Source: Obrimoposthia wandeli (Eukaryota). From it: DNA of 64,000 nucleotides. The DNA lies in assembly GCA_977020255.1 (NCBI GenBank), contig CDROCS010006288.1:1-64000 (forward strand). Reading direction: 5' to 3'. Each line of letters opens with the position of its first letter. Positions within the stretch are counted from its first letter, which is position 1. The position numbers were made by a program, and so were the translations under genes. The notes beneath the pieces were generated by a model. It was not told where the DNA came from, did not search any database, and worked only from the letters and a program-made list of their open reading frames with translations. Shown here piece after piece: positions 9,615-18,530 of this stretch.

Positions 9615-9881
9615 TATACCCAAACCACTTGAAGATGAGTATTTCAGGATGCTTGAGCGATTCATGATCAAGACGCCTCTTTTTATTAAGGGTTATTTCC
9701 TTAAAAAAGGAGGCAACGAAGAGCGTGGCTTGCTCACACGTCCCCGCAGGGCTGGTTTAGAAACGCTTTATACTGCGTTATTGATTTCGACAATAGAATA
9801 ACTATTCTCTTCAATCAATGCCTTGCCTAAAGGCATTTCTAATTCCAGCTGAAACCTGCATCTTCAGGTCGTTTGGGTATA
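9615..9881. mobile_element. 267-bp ERIC-like MITE (family A, full length)
   Basis: Terminal inverted repeats TATACCCaaaccacttgaagatg…gcatcttcaggtcgtttGGGTATA; colinear with an equal-length copy at 47242..47508. Confidence 0.85.
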
Positions 9882-9895
9882 CAATACAGCCATAA

Positions 9896-9936
9896 TAAAA
9901 CCAAGCTTATTCGCATTTTGAATAGGCTTGGGTATA
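9896..9936. repeat. Short palindromic element with a GGGTATA-type end
   Basis: taaaaccaagcttattc-gcatttt-gaataggcttgggtata imperfect hairpin immediately after the MITE. Confidence 0.45.
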
Positions 9937-9971
9937 ATCCAGTTAATTATCTCAACTGAGTATATATCTAA

Positions 9972-10607
9972 GTGGCTATTCATCTCCCTTTTGCCAAGTT
10001 AAGTCATTGGCATCAAATTGCTTTCTCTGCAGCGTTACTTGAACGTATGTTACCTAATTATCAAATGTTTAGTGAAGCCGCTGACTTTGGTAATGCTAAA
10101 GTATTACGTAATCAACTCGATATTATTTGGCAATGGCTTGATAACAGTAATACGGTAAAAATTAATAGCGACGCCCAATTACTCAAATTAGAAGCTGAAA
10201 CCCCTGACCCAGAAGCGTTTGATTCTTTTGGTGTATTTCCTGCTCTTGATGCGTGTATGGCATTTTCGGCTTTGTGGCAATTAATGCAAGTTAAGCCATC
10301 GAAGAAACAAAAAACAGCAGAAATTGATATTGACGATATCCAAAGCATCAGTCGTCTATCTCATAATAGTGTCAGTTATTATGTCGAGCTGCTTTTACTT
10401 GAAGAAGTTGAAGAGTCCGCCGATGAAGAACTTACGATCACTGCCGAGCAAATGGATGAACATCCACTCATGCAATGGGAAAAGGACACGCAAAATGAGC
10501 TGTTCGATTTTCTAAAGTTTGCCGCCGCCGATAAACGTACGTGTAAACTAGCTAAGCAGATGAGCTTATCTGAAGGTTTATCTAATTTAGGCATAGAGAT
10601 CGTTTAA
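9972..10607 (+). CDS. yjaG: YjaG family protein (DUF416)
   Basis: WHQIAFSAALLERMLPNYQMF…LDIIWQWL…DSFGVFPALDAC signature; start codon GTG. Confidence 0.85.
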   Translation: MAIHLPFAKLSHWHQIAFSAALLERMLPNYQMFSEAADFGNAKVLRNQLDIIWQWLDNSNTVKINSDAQLLKLEAETPDPEAFDSFGVFPALDACMAFSALWQLMQVKPSKKQKTAEIDIDDIQSISRLSHNSVSYYVELLLLEEVEESADEELTITAEQMDEHPLMQWEKDTQNELFDFLKFAAADKRTCKLAKQMSLSEGLSNLGIEIV

Positions 10608-10682
10608 TGGTTAACTGTGGCCGTGTAAAAGCTATGCTAAGCCATAGACTCAAATAATAAGAATCTAATACAGGAAACCCAT

Positions 10683-12263
10683 ATGAAGTTACTTAGTGGT
10701 GCATTGATTTCACTCACCTTGATTTTGTCTCTCGTTATTCCAGTGCAAGCAAGCAGTGTTGTTGATAAAAATATTAAAATTGAACAGGCTATCACTCAAG
10801 CCATGAGTACCTTTCAAGTGCCTGGTGTAGCCGTAGCCATCATCAAAAATAATAAAGTGGTTATGAGCAAAGGTTTTGGTGTTATTGAACACGGGAAGTC
10901 AGCCAAAGTCACCTCTGATACTTTATTTGGTATTGCTTCAAACACTAAAGCGATGACCGTTGCTTTATTAGCTAATTTGGTCGATGAAGGTAAGTTGACT
11001 TGGAAAACTAAAGTCATTGATATCATTCCTGAATTTCAAATGCCAAATGCTTATGTTACCAGTCAATTTACTATTACTGACTTATTAGCTCACAACTCGG
11101 GTTTAGGACTCGGTGCCGGCGATTTGATGATATGGCCGCATACTACGACAACAAATGATGATGTTATTAAGGGGATTAAGCACCTACCTGTGGTATCAAG
11201 TTTTCGTAGTGAATTTGCTTATGACAATTTGTTGTACATTGTTGCTGGTGAGGTTATTGCACGTATTACTGGCCAGCCTTGGAATGAAGTTATTCAAGAG
11301 CGTATATTTACGCCGCTTGGTATGAATAACACCAGAGCAGCCTTTTCATTGATTGAAAAGAAAAATACCAATGTAGCCAGAGCACATGTACCACTTAATG
11401 GTAAATTAAATGTTGTGGGTGGTAATTTTATCGAAAGATTTGGCGCAGCGGCTTCAGTTGCTTCTAGCGTTAATGATATGGGATTGTGGTTGCAGGCTCA
11501 GTTAAATCAAGGCGCATACGGCGCTAAACTAGATGAAAAATCTCCTCGACTATTTTCAGCTAAGCAAAGCCGTACCATGTGGAAAGCGCAAACTTTGCGA
11601 TCTGTTTCTGAAATGGAGACTCAGCAAGATAAGACGCATTTTTCAGCTTATGGTTTGGGCTGGTTTATGAAAGATTATCATGGGGTGAAGCTACTTCATC
11701 ACGGTGGTGGTATTTTAGGTATGATCTCTAAAGTGGTATTGGTGCCAGAAGAAGATCTTGCTATGGTGATTCTAACTAATCAACAGTCGAGCTTCGCTGT
11801 CGATGCAATTTATCATCAAATTTTAAATGAGTACCTTGAATTACCTAAAAAAGATTGGATTGCTTATTATCATACAAAACAGACAACGAAGACTGCTAAA
11901 GAACAAAGTCGCCTAGCGAAAGCGGCAGATTCAGTTCATAAAAACTCAGCACATTCTTTAGTATTACGTGAATATGCGCAGACTTATGTTGATGATTGGT
12001 ATGGCGAAATTCATATAACATTTAAAAATAATAAGCTCCATATGCAGTTTGGTAACACCCCAGAATTAAAGGGCACCTTAGAGCACTACCAACATAATAC
12101 CTTTATTGTTCGCTGGCATGATAAAACGCTTAAGGCTGATGCTTTTGTTAACTTTAATTTAAATGAAGATGGTGGAATTAATTACGTCACTATGAAAGCA
12201 GTATCACGGGCGACTGACTTTAGTTTTGATTTTCATGACTTAAAATTAGTGCCGAAAAATTAA
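10683..12263 (+). CDS. Secreted serine hydrolase (beta-lactamase/AmpC-like family) with C-terminal DUF3471
   Basis: Signal peptide, SxxK (SNTK), YxN (YDN), HGG motif, C-terminal YVDDWYG…LEHYQHNTF. Confidence 0.85.
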   Translation: MKLLSGALISLTLILSLVIPVQASSVVDKNIKIEQAITQAMSTFQVPGVAVAIIKNNKVVMSKGFGVIEHGKSAKVTSDTLFGIASNTKAMTVALLANLVDEGKLTWKTKVIDIIPEFQMPNAYVTSQFTITDLLAHNSGLGLGAGDLMIWPHTTTTNDDVIKGIKHLPVVSSFRSEFAYDNLLYIVAGEVIARITGQPWNEVIQERIFTPLGMNNTRAAFSLIEKKNTNVARAHVPLNGKLNVVGGNFIERFGAAASVASSVNDMGLWLQAQLNQGAYGAKLDEKSPRLFSAKQSRTMWKAQTLRSVSEMETQQDKTHFSAYGLGWFMKDYHGVKLLHHGGGILGMISKVVLVPEEDLAMVILTNQQSSFAVDAIYHQILNEYLELPKKDWIAYYHTKQTTKTAKEQSRLAKAADSVHKNSAHSLVLREYAQTYVDDWYGEIHITFKNNKLHMQFGNTPELKGTLEHYQHNTFIVRWHDKTLKADAFVNFNLNEDGGINYVTMKAVSRATDFSFDFHDLKLVPKN

Positions 12264-12281
12264 TTGCTAATTTAGATAGAT

Positions 12282-12313
12282 AAAAAAGGAGTACTTATAG
12301 GTACTCCTTTTTT
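12282..12313. terminator. Bidirectional Rho-independent terminator
   Basis: aaaaaaggagtac-ttatag-gtactcctttttt between convergent genes. Confidence 0.85.
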
Positions 12314-12351
12314 GTTTTCAATATTGACGTTTTTAGATCAGTAGCAATATA

Positions 12352-12900
12352 TCAACGTAGGAATTGCGTTTTTTCTTGGCGCTTATTAATAACATTCTTG
12401 ATATCTAAATTGGCATTGTTATTGGTTTGCTTTACCTCAACCCCTTCATGATTTAATAACCATAATTTACGCTCAATACCACCGGCATAACCTGTTAATG
12501 AACCATCACCACCAATAACGCGATGACAAGGTACAATCAACGTAATGGGATTTCTACCATTAGCGCCACCAACAGCCTGGGAGGCTTTTGGTTTATCGAG
12601 CATCTTGGCTATTTCGCCGTAGGATTGTACAGTACCAAATGGAATCGTTGCTAAACAACCCCATACGGATTGTTGAAATTCAGTACCTTGAGGGTCTAAT
12701 GGTACGGTAAAAACTTGGCGCTGCCCGGCAAAGTATTCTATTAATTGCTGTTTACAAAGTTCAGTGATGTCATTAGTTTTACTTTCACCTCTTTGATCAC
12801 CGCAAGCTTTATCACCGCAAAAAATAGCTTGGCAAATACCTTTCTCGGTTGCCATAAATTCAAACAAGCCCAATGGCGTGTCGAGATAATCAGTAAACAT
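12352..12900 (-). CDS. ogt: Methylated-DNA--protein-cysteine methyltransferase
   Basis: GTEFQQSVW, AVGGANGRNP, PCHRVI active site. Confidence 0.92.
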   Translation of the reverse strand: MFTDYLDTPLGLFEFMATEKGICQAIFCGDKACGDQRGESKTNDITELCKQQLIEYFAGQRQVFTVPLDPQGTEFQQSVWGCLATIPFGTVQSYGEIAKMLDKPKASQAVGGANGRNPITLIVPCHRVIGGDGSLTGYAGGIERKLWLLNHEGVEVKQTNNNANLDIKNVINKRQEKTQFLR

Positions 12901-12932
12901 ATTAATTGTCTCCTTAAATGAACGTAATGAAA

Positions 12933-13571
12933 TTAGACCTGATATTGATAGAGTTGATAAACAACCTGACCAGAAATCTTTTCTTTAATTAATTGCCAGT
13001 TAGCTGGGATAACTTGGGTGCTCTCTGCTTCCATCTCTACATAAATGAGTGCCTGATCAGCCAAACCAAAGTGATTTAGTAATTGTGCGGCTTGTTCGAC
13101 CAATTGTTTTCTAAAAGGCGGATCGAGAAAAACCAAATCAAAAGGCTTGTGTGTACTTGCCGTCAATTCTGATTTAAGAGGATCATTTTTTAGAAAAGCC
13201 AGAGCGTTATCATTAATAACGTTAATGTTATCAGCCTTGAGTAATTCTTTATTCGCGAGTAGTTGGTTCGCTGCTGCTCTATTTAATTCCACCAAGGTTA
13301 CTTTATCAGCGCCACGTGATAACGCTTCAAAACCTAAACTACCAGAACCAGCAAAACAGTCTAAGCAGTTGGCTTGTGCGATATAGGGCATGAGCCAGTT
13401 AAAGACAGTCTCTTTAACTCTATCGGTTGTTGGGCGTAATCCCTCAGCCATTAATACCGGTAATTTTCTGCCTTTGTATTTACCTGCAATAATGCGGATT
13501 TTACCGGCAGATTTACCCTGTCCTCTCCCAGAAAGGATTTTTTTACTTAGTTGTTTTTTTGCTTGATTCAT
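12933..13571 (-). CDS. rsmD: 16S rRNA m2G966 methyltransferase
   Basis: RIIAGKYKGRKL, LRPTTDRVKETVFNWL, DCFAGSG, FLDPPF; divergent from ftsY. Confidence 0.95.
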   Translation of the reverse strand: MNQAKKQLSKKILSGRGQGKSAGKIRIIAGKYKGRKLPVLMAEGLRPTTDRVKETVFNWLMPYIAQANCLDCFAGSGSLGFEALSRGADKVTLVELNRAAANQLLANKELLKADNINVINDNALAFLKNDPLKSELTASTHKPFDLVFLDPPFRKQLVEQAAQLLNHFGLADQALIYVEMEAESTQVIPANWQLIKEKISGQVVYQLYQYQV

Positions 13572-13676
13572 ATCACTGACAATTTTGCTATTAAGTGCTA
13601 ATATAGCGCCAATTTTATCCTTGTTTGGTTCTTATACCAAACAATTTCATACTGAAATATATTTAGGTAGCTAAAA

Positions 13677-15143
13677 GTGTCGAAGAAAAAAGGTATGTTG
13701 TCTTGGTTAGGCTTTGGCAAAAAAGAAAAGCAACCAAGCACTGAAGAAAGTAACAATGAAACTCTCTCTGCTACTGAAGCTGAACAAGCGACGGTAACAG
13801 AACCGGTTGAACAACTTGACGAGAAAATTGTTGAGTCAGTTGTCAATGAAGCAGAAGAATCAATAACAGAACATGCAGTAGAGCAAGAAGCTACTGCTGA
13901 TGTTGTTAACGACGATGCTAATGTGCTTGAGGATTCCGCAGCTGAAACTACAGAAGCAGTAGCGATCGAAGCGGTCACTGTAGCCTCTGTAACTGAAGAC
14001 AGTTCTCAGCTTGTTGACGCTGAATTGACCAGTGATACTGTGAGTGAAGAGCTACCAGAGGCGAAATTATTAGCCGAAATGGAAGCTGTTGAGCAACAGG
14101 TTGAATCAATTGATGATGTTGAGGTTGTAGAAGAAGCATTAGAGGATGTATCGCAACAACAAGCCGATACAGCTGAAGACGCTGAACCGAAAGTCGAAGA
14201 GATTGTTGAAGCCAAAGCTGAGAGTAAGCTTGGTTTCTTTGCCCGCTTAAAACAAGGTTTAAGTAAAACAAGACAAAACTTAGGTGGCGGCTTAATTGAC
14301 TTGTTTCGCGGCAAACAAATTGATGATGACTTATTTGAAGAGTTAGAAACTCATTTGCTGTTGGCGGATGTTGGTGTTGAAACCACCATGAAAATTATCG
14401 ATTCTTTAACGAAAAGTGCTAATCGTAAGCAGCTAAAAGATGCCTCTGCTTTGTACGACTTGCTGAAAGTAGAATTAAAGAAAGTTATTGAAGATGTGAG
14501 TCAGCCGTTAGTTATTCCTGAAGGGGAAGGGCCTTTTGTTATGCTTATGGTTGGCGTTAATGGTGTGGGTAAAACCACGACCATTGGTAAGTTAGCTAAG
14601 CAATTTCAAGCAGAGGGAAAATCTGTAATGTTAGCAGCAGGCGATACTTTTAGAGCGGCTGCGGTCGAGCAATTACAAGTATGGGGTGACCGTAATAATA
14701 TCCCTGTTATTGCTCAACATACGGGTGCGGATAGTGCTTCTGTTATTTTTGATGCTATCAGTGCTGCAAAAGCACGTAAAGTTGATATCATCATTGCTGA
14801 TACAGCAGGACGTTTACAGAATAAAGCCCACTTGATGGAAGAATTGAAAAAAGTTGTGCGGGTAATGAAAAAGCTAGACGTTAATGCACCTCATGAGGTG
14901 ATGTTAACGCTTGATGCTGGCACAGGTCAAAATGCCTTAAGTCAAACTAAGCTGTTCGACGAAGCTGTTGGCTTAACGGGTTTAACTATTACTAAATTAG
15001 ATGGTACCGCCAAAGGTGGTGTTATTTTTGCTGTTGCAGATAAGCATAGTATTCCTATTCGATATTTAGGTGTCGGTGAAGGCATCGATGATTTAAGACC
15101 TTTTAACAGTGATGATTTCATTGAAGCGCTTTTTAGCAAGTAG
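13677..15143 (+). CDS. ftsY: SRP receptor FtsY
   Basis: Acidic N-terminal region, GVNGVGKTTT, DTFRAAA, DTAGR, TKLDGTAKGG. Confidence 0.97.
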   Translation: MSKKKGMLSWLGFGKKEKQPSTEESNNETLSATEAEQATVTEPVEQLDEKIVESVVNEAEESITEHAVEQEATADVVNDDANVLEDSAAETTEAVAIEAVTVASVTEDSSQLVDAELTSDTVSEELPEAKLLAEMEAVEQQVESIDDVEVVEEALEDVSQQQADTAEDAEPKVEEIVEAKAESKLGFFARLKQGLSKTRQNLGGGLIDLFRGKQIDDDLFEELETHLLLADVGVETTMKIIDSLTKSANRKQLKDASALYDLLKVELKKVIEDVSQPLVIPEGEGPFVMLMVGVNGVGKTTTIGKLAKQFQAEGKSVMLAAGDTFRAAAVEQLQVWGDRNNIPVIAQHTGADSASVIFDAISAAKARKVDIIIADTAGRLQNKAHLMEELKKVVRVMKKLDVNAPHEVMLTLDAGTGQNALSQTKLFDEAVGLTGLTITKLDGTAKGGVIFAVADKHSIPIRYLGVGEGIDDLRPFNSDDFIEALFSK

Positions 15144-15177
15144 CTGCAAATAAATATTCAAGCAGCTTATGACTAGA

Positions 15178-15233
15178 TAGACCCGTTCCACTTCAAAATG
15201 CATGAATATGCATTTTGAAGTCGTTTGAGTATC
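15178..15233. mobile_element. 56-bp minimal MITE derivative (terminal inverted repeats only)
   Basis: tagacccgttccacttcaaaatgca-tgaata-tgcattttgaagtcgtttgagtatc matches the ends of the 267-bp copies. Confidence 0.7.
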
Positions 15234-15287
15234 ACAGGGTAGTTGTGCTAAGTTAGCCTGCTTATTCGTACCAAATATTAAAGTAAT

Positions 15288-15995
15288 ATGATTAATTTCA
15301 ATAAGGTAAATAAAACCTATCCAGGCGGTTTTCTGGCATTAAAACAAGTGAGTTTTAGTCTAGAAAGTGGTGAAATGGCATTTTTAACTGGCCATTCAGG
15401 AGCAGGTAAAAGTACCTTGTTAAAGTTAATTTCATTAATGGAAAAACCCAGTTCTGGTAGTATCCAAGTAAATCACACCGAACTCTCCGATATTCAATAT
15501 AAGCAAGTGCCTTATGTACGCCGTGGTATCGGGATGATCTTTCAAAGTCATAACTTACTTAAAGACCGTACTGTTTTTGATAATGTAGCCTTACCGCTAA
15601 TTATTGAGGGTGTTAGTCACAGTGAAATTAAAAAGCGTGTGGCGACTGCATTAGACAAAGTGCATTTAAGCGCTAAGTTGAAGTGTTATCCACACATGCT
15701 CTCTGGCGGTGAACAACAACGCGTTGGTATTGCTCGTGCGATAGTTAATAAACCCCCTATTCTCCTTGCTGATGAGCCTACCGGAAATTTAGACCCCAAA
15801 TTATCGTTAGATATTATTAGTTTGTTTGAAGAATTTAATGCCGCTGGCGTAACCGTACTCATTGCAACTCATGATCTAGGTTTAATTGCGCGCATGAAAT
15901 ACCGTACACTGACGCTGAAAGAGGGCACCATGATTAATGATGGCATTGTTGATGGCCTACAAGCACAGGGGAGATCTGATGAGCAATATTCATAG
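15288..15995 (+). CDS. ftsE: Cell division ABC ATPase FtsE
   Basis: [29 protein letters not shown]; ftsY-ftsE-ftsX-rpoH synteny. Confidence 0.97.
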   Translation: MINFNKVNKTYPGGFLALKQVSFSLESGEMAFLTGHSGAGKSTLLKLISLMEKPSSGSIQVNHTELSDIQYKQVPYVRRGIGMIFQSHNLLKDRTVFDNVALPLIIEGVSHSEIKKRVATALDKVHLSAKLKCYPHMLSGGEQQRVGIARAIVNKPPILLADEPTGNLDPKLSLDIISLFEEFNAAGVTVLIATHDLGLIARMKYRTLTLKEGTMINDGIVDGLQAQGRSDEQYS

Positions 15996-16953
15996 TAGTG
16001 GTTTAAAAGCGCGTTCAAGTTTATTGGCACGCCTTTTAACTCTACCCATTCGACATTTTCAGCAAGCGGTAGGCAGTTTAGGTAATTTATGGCGAACGCC
16101 TTTTACCACAGTGATGACAATTTTTGTTTTAGGCATCAGTTTAGCATTGCCAGCAACCTTACATCTTTTTGTTAAGAACGCCGAGCAAGTCAGTGAACAG
16201 TGGGATAGTGCCTCGCAAATCACCTTATTTCTAAAATTATCAACCAGTGAGAAGAGCGCACAAAATTTAATAAAGCGCATTAGTCTTTATAACGATGTAG
16301 CAGAGGTGCGCTACATCTCTGCTAAACAAGCATTGAAAGAATTTAAAATTTTATCTGGTTTTGGTCAGTCACTTGAATACCTAGATAAAAACCCATTGCC
16401 AGCAACGTTATTGGTAACGCCAACGCAAAGAGCTAGCCAAGCACAAGCGGCTAATGCCTTGTTAGCAAAATTGAGTAAAGAGCGAGAAGTTGAGCAAGGA
16501 AAACTTGATTTAGAGTGGTTAACGCGATTAGAAGCTATGGCCCGTTTAATTGAAGATATTGTGCTAGGTGTAGCCTTGTTATTGTGTTTATCGGTGGTTC
16601 TTATTGTGGGTAATACTATTCGATTAGCTATTTTAAATGAAAAAGATGCTATCGCTATTATGAAATTGGTTGGCGCGACAGATAGCTTTATCCAGAGACC
16701 ATTTTTATATTCTGGTATTTGGTACGGTATTTTTGGTGGCATACTTTCTTGTATTGCTGTGACTCTTCTTGCTTGGTACTTAGGTTACGCTATTAGTGAT
16801 TTAAGTGAGCTTTATCAAAGTAACTTTCAATTGCAGGGATTATCCGGCAGCGAAGCACTGATGTTGATCGGGTTTGCTGTTGTGCTTGCTTTAGTTGGAA
16901 GCTATATCTCGGTCAGCCAGCATATTAAAGCGATAGAGCCTAATGCAGATTAA
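15979..16953 (+). CDS. ftsX: Cell division permease FtsX
   Basis: NPLP, GNTIRLAI, IMKLVGATDSFIQRPF; start moved to the ATG at 15979, which has an RBS. Confidence 0.95.
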   Translation: MSNIHSSGLKARSSLLARLLTLPIRHFQQAVGSLGNLWRTPFTTVMTIFVLGISLALPATLHLFVKNAEQVSEQWDSASQITLFLKLSTSEKSAQNLIKRISLYNDVAEVRYISAKQALKEFKILSGFGQSLEYLDKNPLPATLLVTPTQRASQAQAANALLAKLSKEREVEQGKLDLEWLTRLEAMARLIEDIVLGVALLLCLSVVLIVGNTIRLAILNEKDAIAIMKLVGATDSFIQRPFLYSGIWYGIFGGILSCIAVTLLAWYLGYAISDLSELYQSNFQLQGLSGSEALMLIGFAVVLALVGSYISVSQHIKAIEPNAD

Positions 16954-17166
16954 AGTCTTTTAAAGCCCATCTGAAAGGGAACAGAGAATAATATTACTTG
17001 GTTTTACAGCAATTTTTAAGGGAATGCCTGATTTTTTTGGTGCACTTAGCAGTGAAATTCCCCAGTGTTCCCGAACTTTCCCCTCGAAATTTAACATGTA
17101 TAACCAACTGTTTATTATTGATAATTCCTTAAGCTTACAAATCGTCACATTTAATTCACAAAAAAT

Positions 17167-17195
17167 TTGAAAGATCGCCTTGTGCCACCCTATCT
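17167..17195 (+). promoter_or_regulatory. Possible sigma32-type promoter upstream of rpoH
   Basis: TTGAAA-N15-CCCTATCT versus consensus TTGAAA-N13-15-CCCCATNT. Confidence 0.3.
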
Positions 17196-17287
17196 ATTAA
17201 GCTAATGTTCATGTCCCCGCTATCGCAAATAGTGTCGATATATGTTATTATCGCGGGCGAATTCAAAGAGAGAAGGAGAGGGTTTTT

Positions 17288-18145
17288 ATGAGTCAAGCAA
17301 TGCAACTTACCTTACCAAAGAGTGGTAGTATCGAATCATACATGCAATCTGCGTACAGCATACCTATGCTAACCGCAGAAAAAGAGCATGATCTAGCTAC
17401 TCGCCTCTACAATGAAAATGATTTACAAGCGGCGCAAGAGTTAATTATGTCGCACTTACGTTTTGTTATTCATGTTGCTAAAGGTTATTCTGGTTATGGT
17501 TTACCACATGCTGATTTAGTACAAGAAGGCAACGTGGGTTTAATGAAAGCCGTTAAACGTTTTAATCCTGAAGTAGGTGTACGTTTAGTTTCTTTTGCTG
17601 TTCATTGGATCAAAGCAGAAATTCATGAATTTGTGCTTAAAAACTGGCGCATTGTAAAAGTTGCGACAACGAAAGCGCAACGTAAATTATTTTTTAACCT
17701 ACGTAAAAATAAAAAACGTTTAGGTTGGTTCAGCACTGAAGAAGTAAATACGGTAGCGGAAAACCTTGGTGTAACAACAAAAGATGTTATGGAAATGGAA
17801 TCTCGTATGAGTAGCCATGACCAATCATTTGAATTATCGAAAGATGATGATGATAATCTTGGCGCCAGTAGCTTTTCACCTGCTCAATACCTTCAAGACA
17901 AACAATCAGATTTAGCAGTTGAAGTTGAAAATGATAATTGGGATAACCATGCTAATAAACGTTTATCAACAGCATTAGTAACGCTTGATGAGCGTAGTCA
18001 AGATATTATAAAGACACGCTGGTTAACCGAAGATAAAACAACGTTACAAGAGCTAGCTAATAAATACCAGATATCAGCGGAACGTGTAAGGCAGTTAGAA
18101 AAAAATGCTTTATCTAAACTTAAAAACACCATGGTTTTTGATTAA
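17288..18145 (+). CDS. rpoH: RNA polymerase sigma-32 factor
   Basis: [14 protein letters not shown], RpoH box [18 protein letters not shown]. Confidence 0.98.
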   Translation: MSQAMQLTLPKSGSIESYMQSAYSIPMLTAEKEHDLATRLYNENDLQAAQELIMSHLRFVIHVAKGYSGYGLPHADLVQEGNVGLMKAVKRFNPEVGVRLVSFAVHWIKAEIHEFVLKNWRIVKVATTKAQRKLFFNLRKNKKRLGWFSTEEVNTVAENLGVTTKDVMEMESRMSSHDQSFELSKDDDDNLGASSFSPAQYLQDKQSDLAVEVENDNWDNHANKRLSTALVTLDERSQDIIKTRWLTEDKTTLQELANKYQISAERVRQLEKNALSKLKNTMVFD

Positions 18146-18171
18146 CGTTCAGTAATATATCTTGTTCAAAT

Positions 18172-18196
18172 AAACCGACGCTATGTCGGTTTTTTT
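18172..18196 (+). terminator. rpoH terminator
   Basis: aaaccgac-gctat-gtcggtttttttt. Confidence 0.85.
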
Positions 18197-18214
18197 ATGC
18201 CTGTAAAAAACTCA

Positions 18215-18344
18215 TCAACTTTTAAACGCTTATATGCGGCGTTATTGATTTTGAGAATGGAATAACCATTCTCTTCAAGCAATGCCTTGCCTCTAAACCT
18301 TTTAACTCTCGCTAAGTGATCAATAAGTTAGTCCGATTGGTATA
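18215..18344. mobile_element. Partial MITE (family B, TTGGTATA end) sharing an internal core with family A
   Basis: aaacgcttatatgcggcgttattgattttgagaatggaataaccattctcttcaagcaatgccttgcct core; its reverse complement aligns with 30240..30365. Confidence 0.7.
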
Positions 18345-18530
18345 ACAAGCTAAAAAACAACCAATAAATATACAGTTAATCACATCTTTATGTATGAAAG
18401 TAACTACATCGTTACAGGTTTAACTAAGTTACAACACTTGAAAACGAACTTCTTCTATTAAATCCAGCAGTATTGATGGCAATTGATAAACATCAGTTAC
18501 CAACAAACTAACGATAAAAAGGTAGAAGTA

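Noticed and set aside
13677-14250. Acidic low-complexity N-terminus of FtsY and overlapping antisense ORFs
   Set aside because: This is the normal A-domain of gammaproteobacterial FtsY; the antisense ORFs are shadows
15686-15694. Perfect DnaA box TTATCCACA
   Set aside because: It is a single 9-mer inside ftsE coding sequence, expected by chance, with no cluster or unwinding element
16960-17148. 62-aa ORF in the rpoH promoter region, and 39748..39987 opposite radC
   Set aside because: No RBS or motifs; they overlap regulatory or coding DNA of better-supported genes
18252-18274. Fur-box-like TGAGAAT…ATTCTC upstream of the TonB receptor
   Set aside because: The half-sites are separated by 9 nt rather than 1, and the sequence is the conserved MITE hairpin
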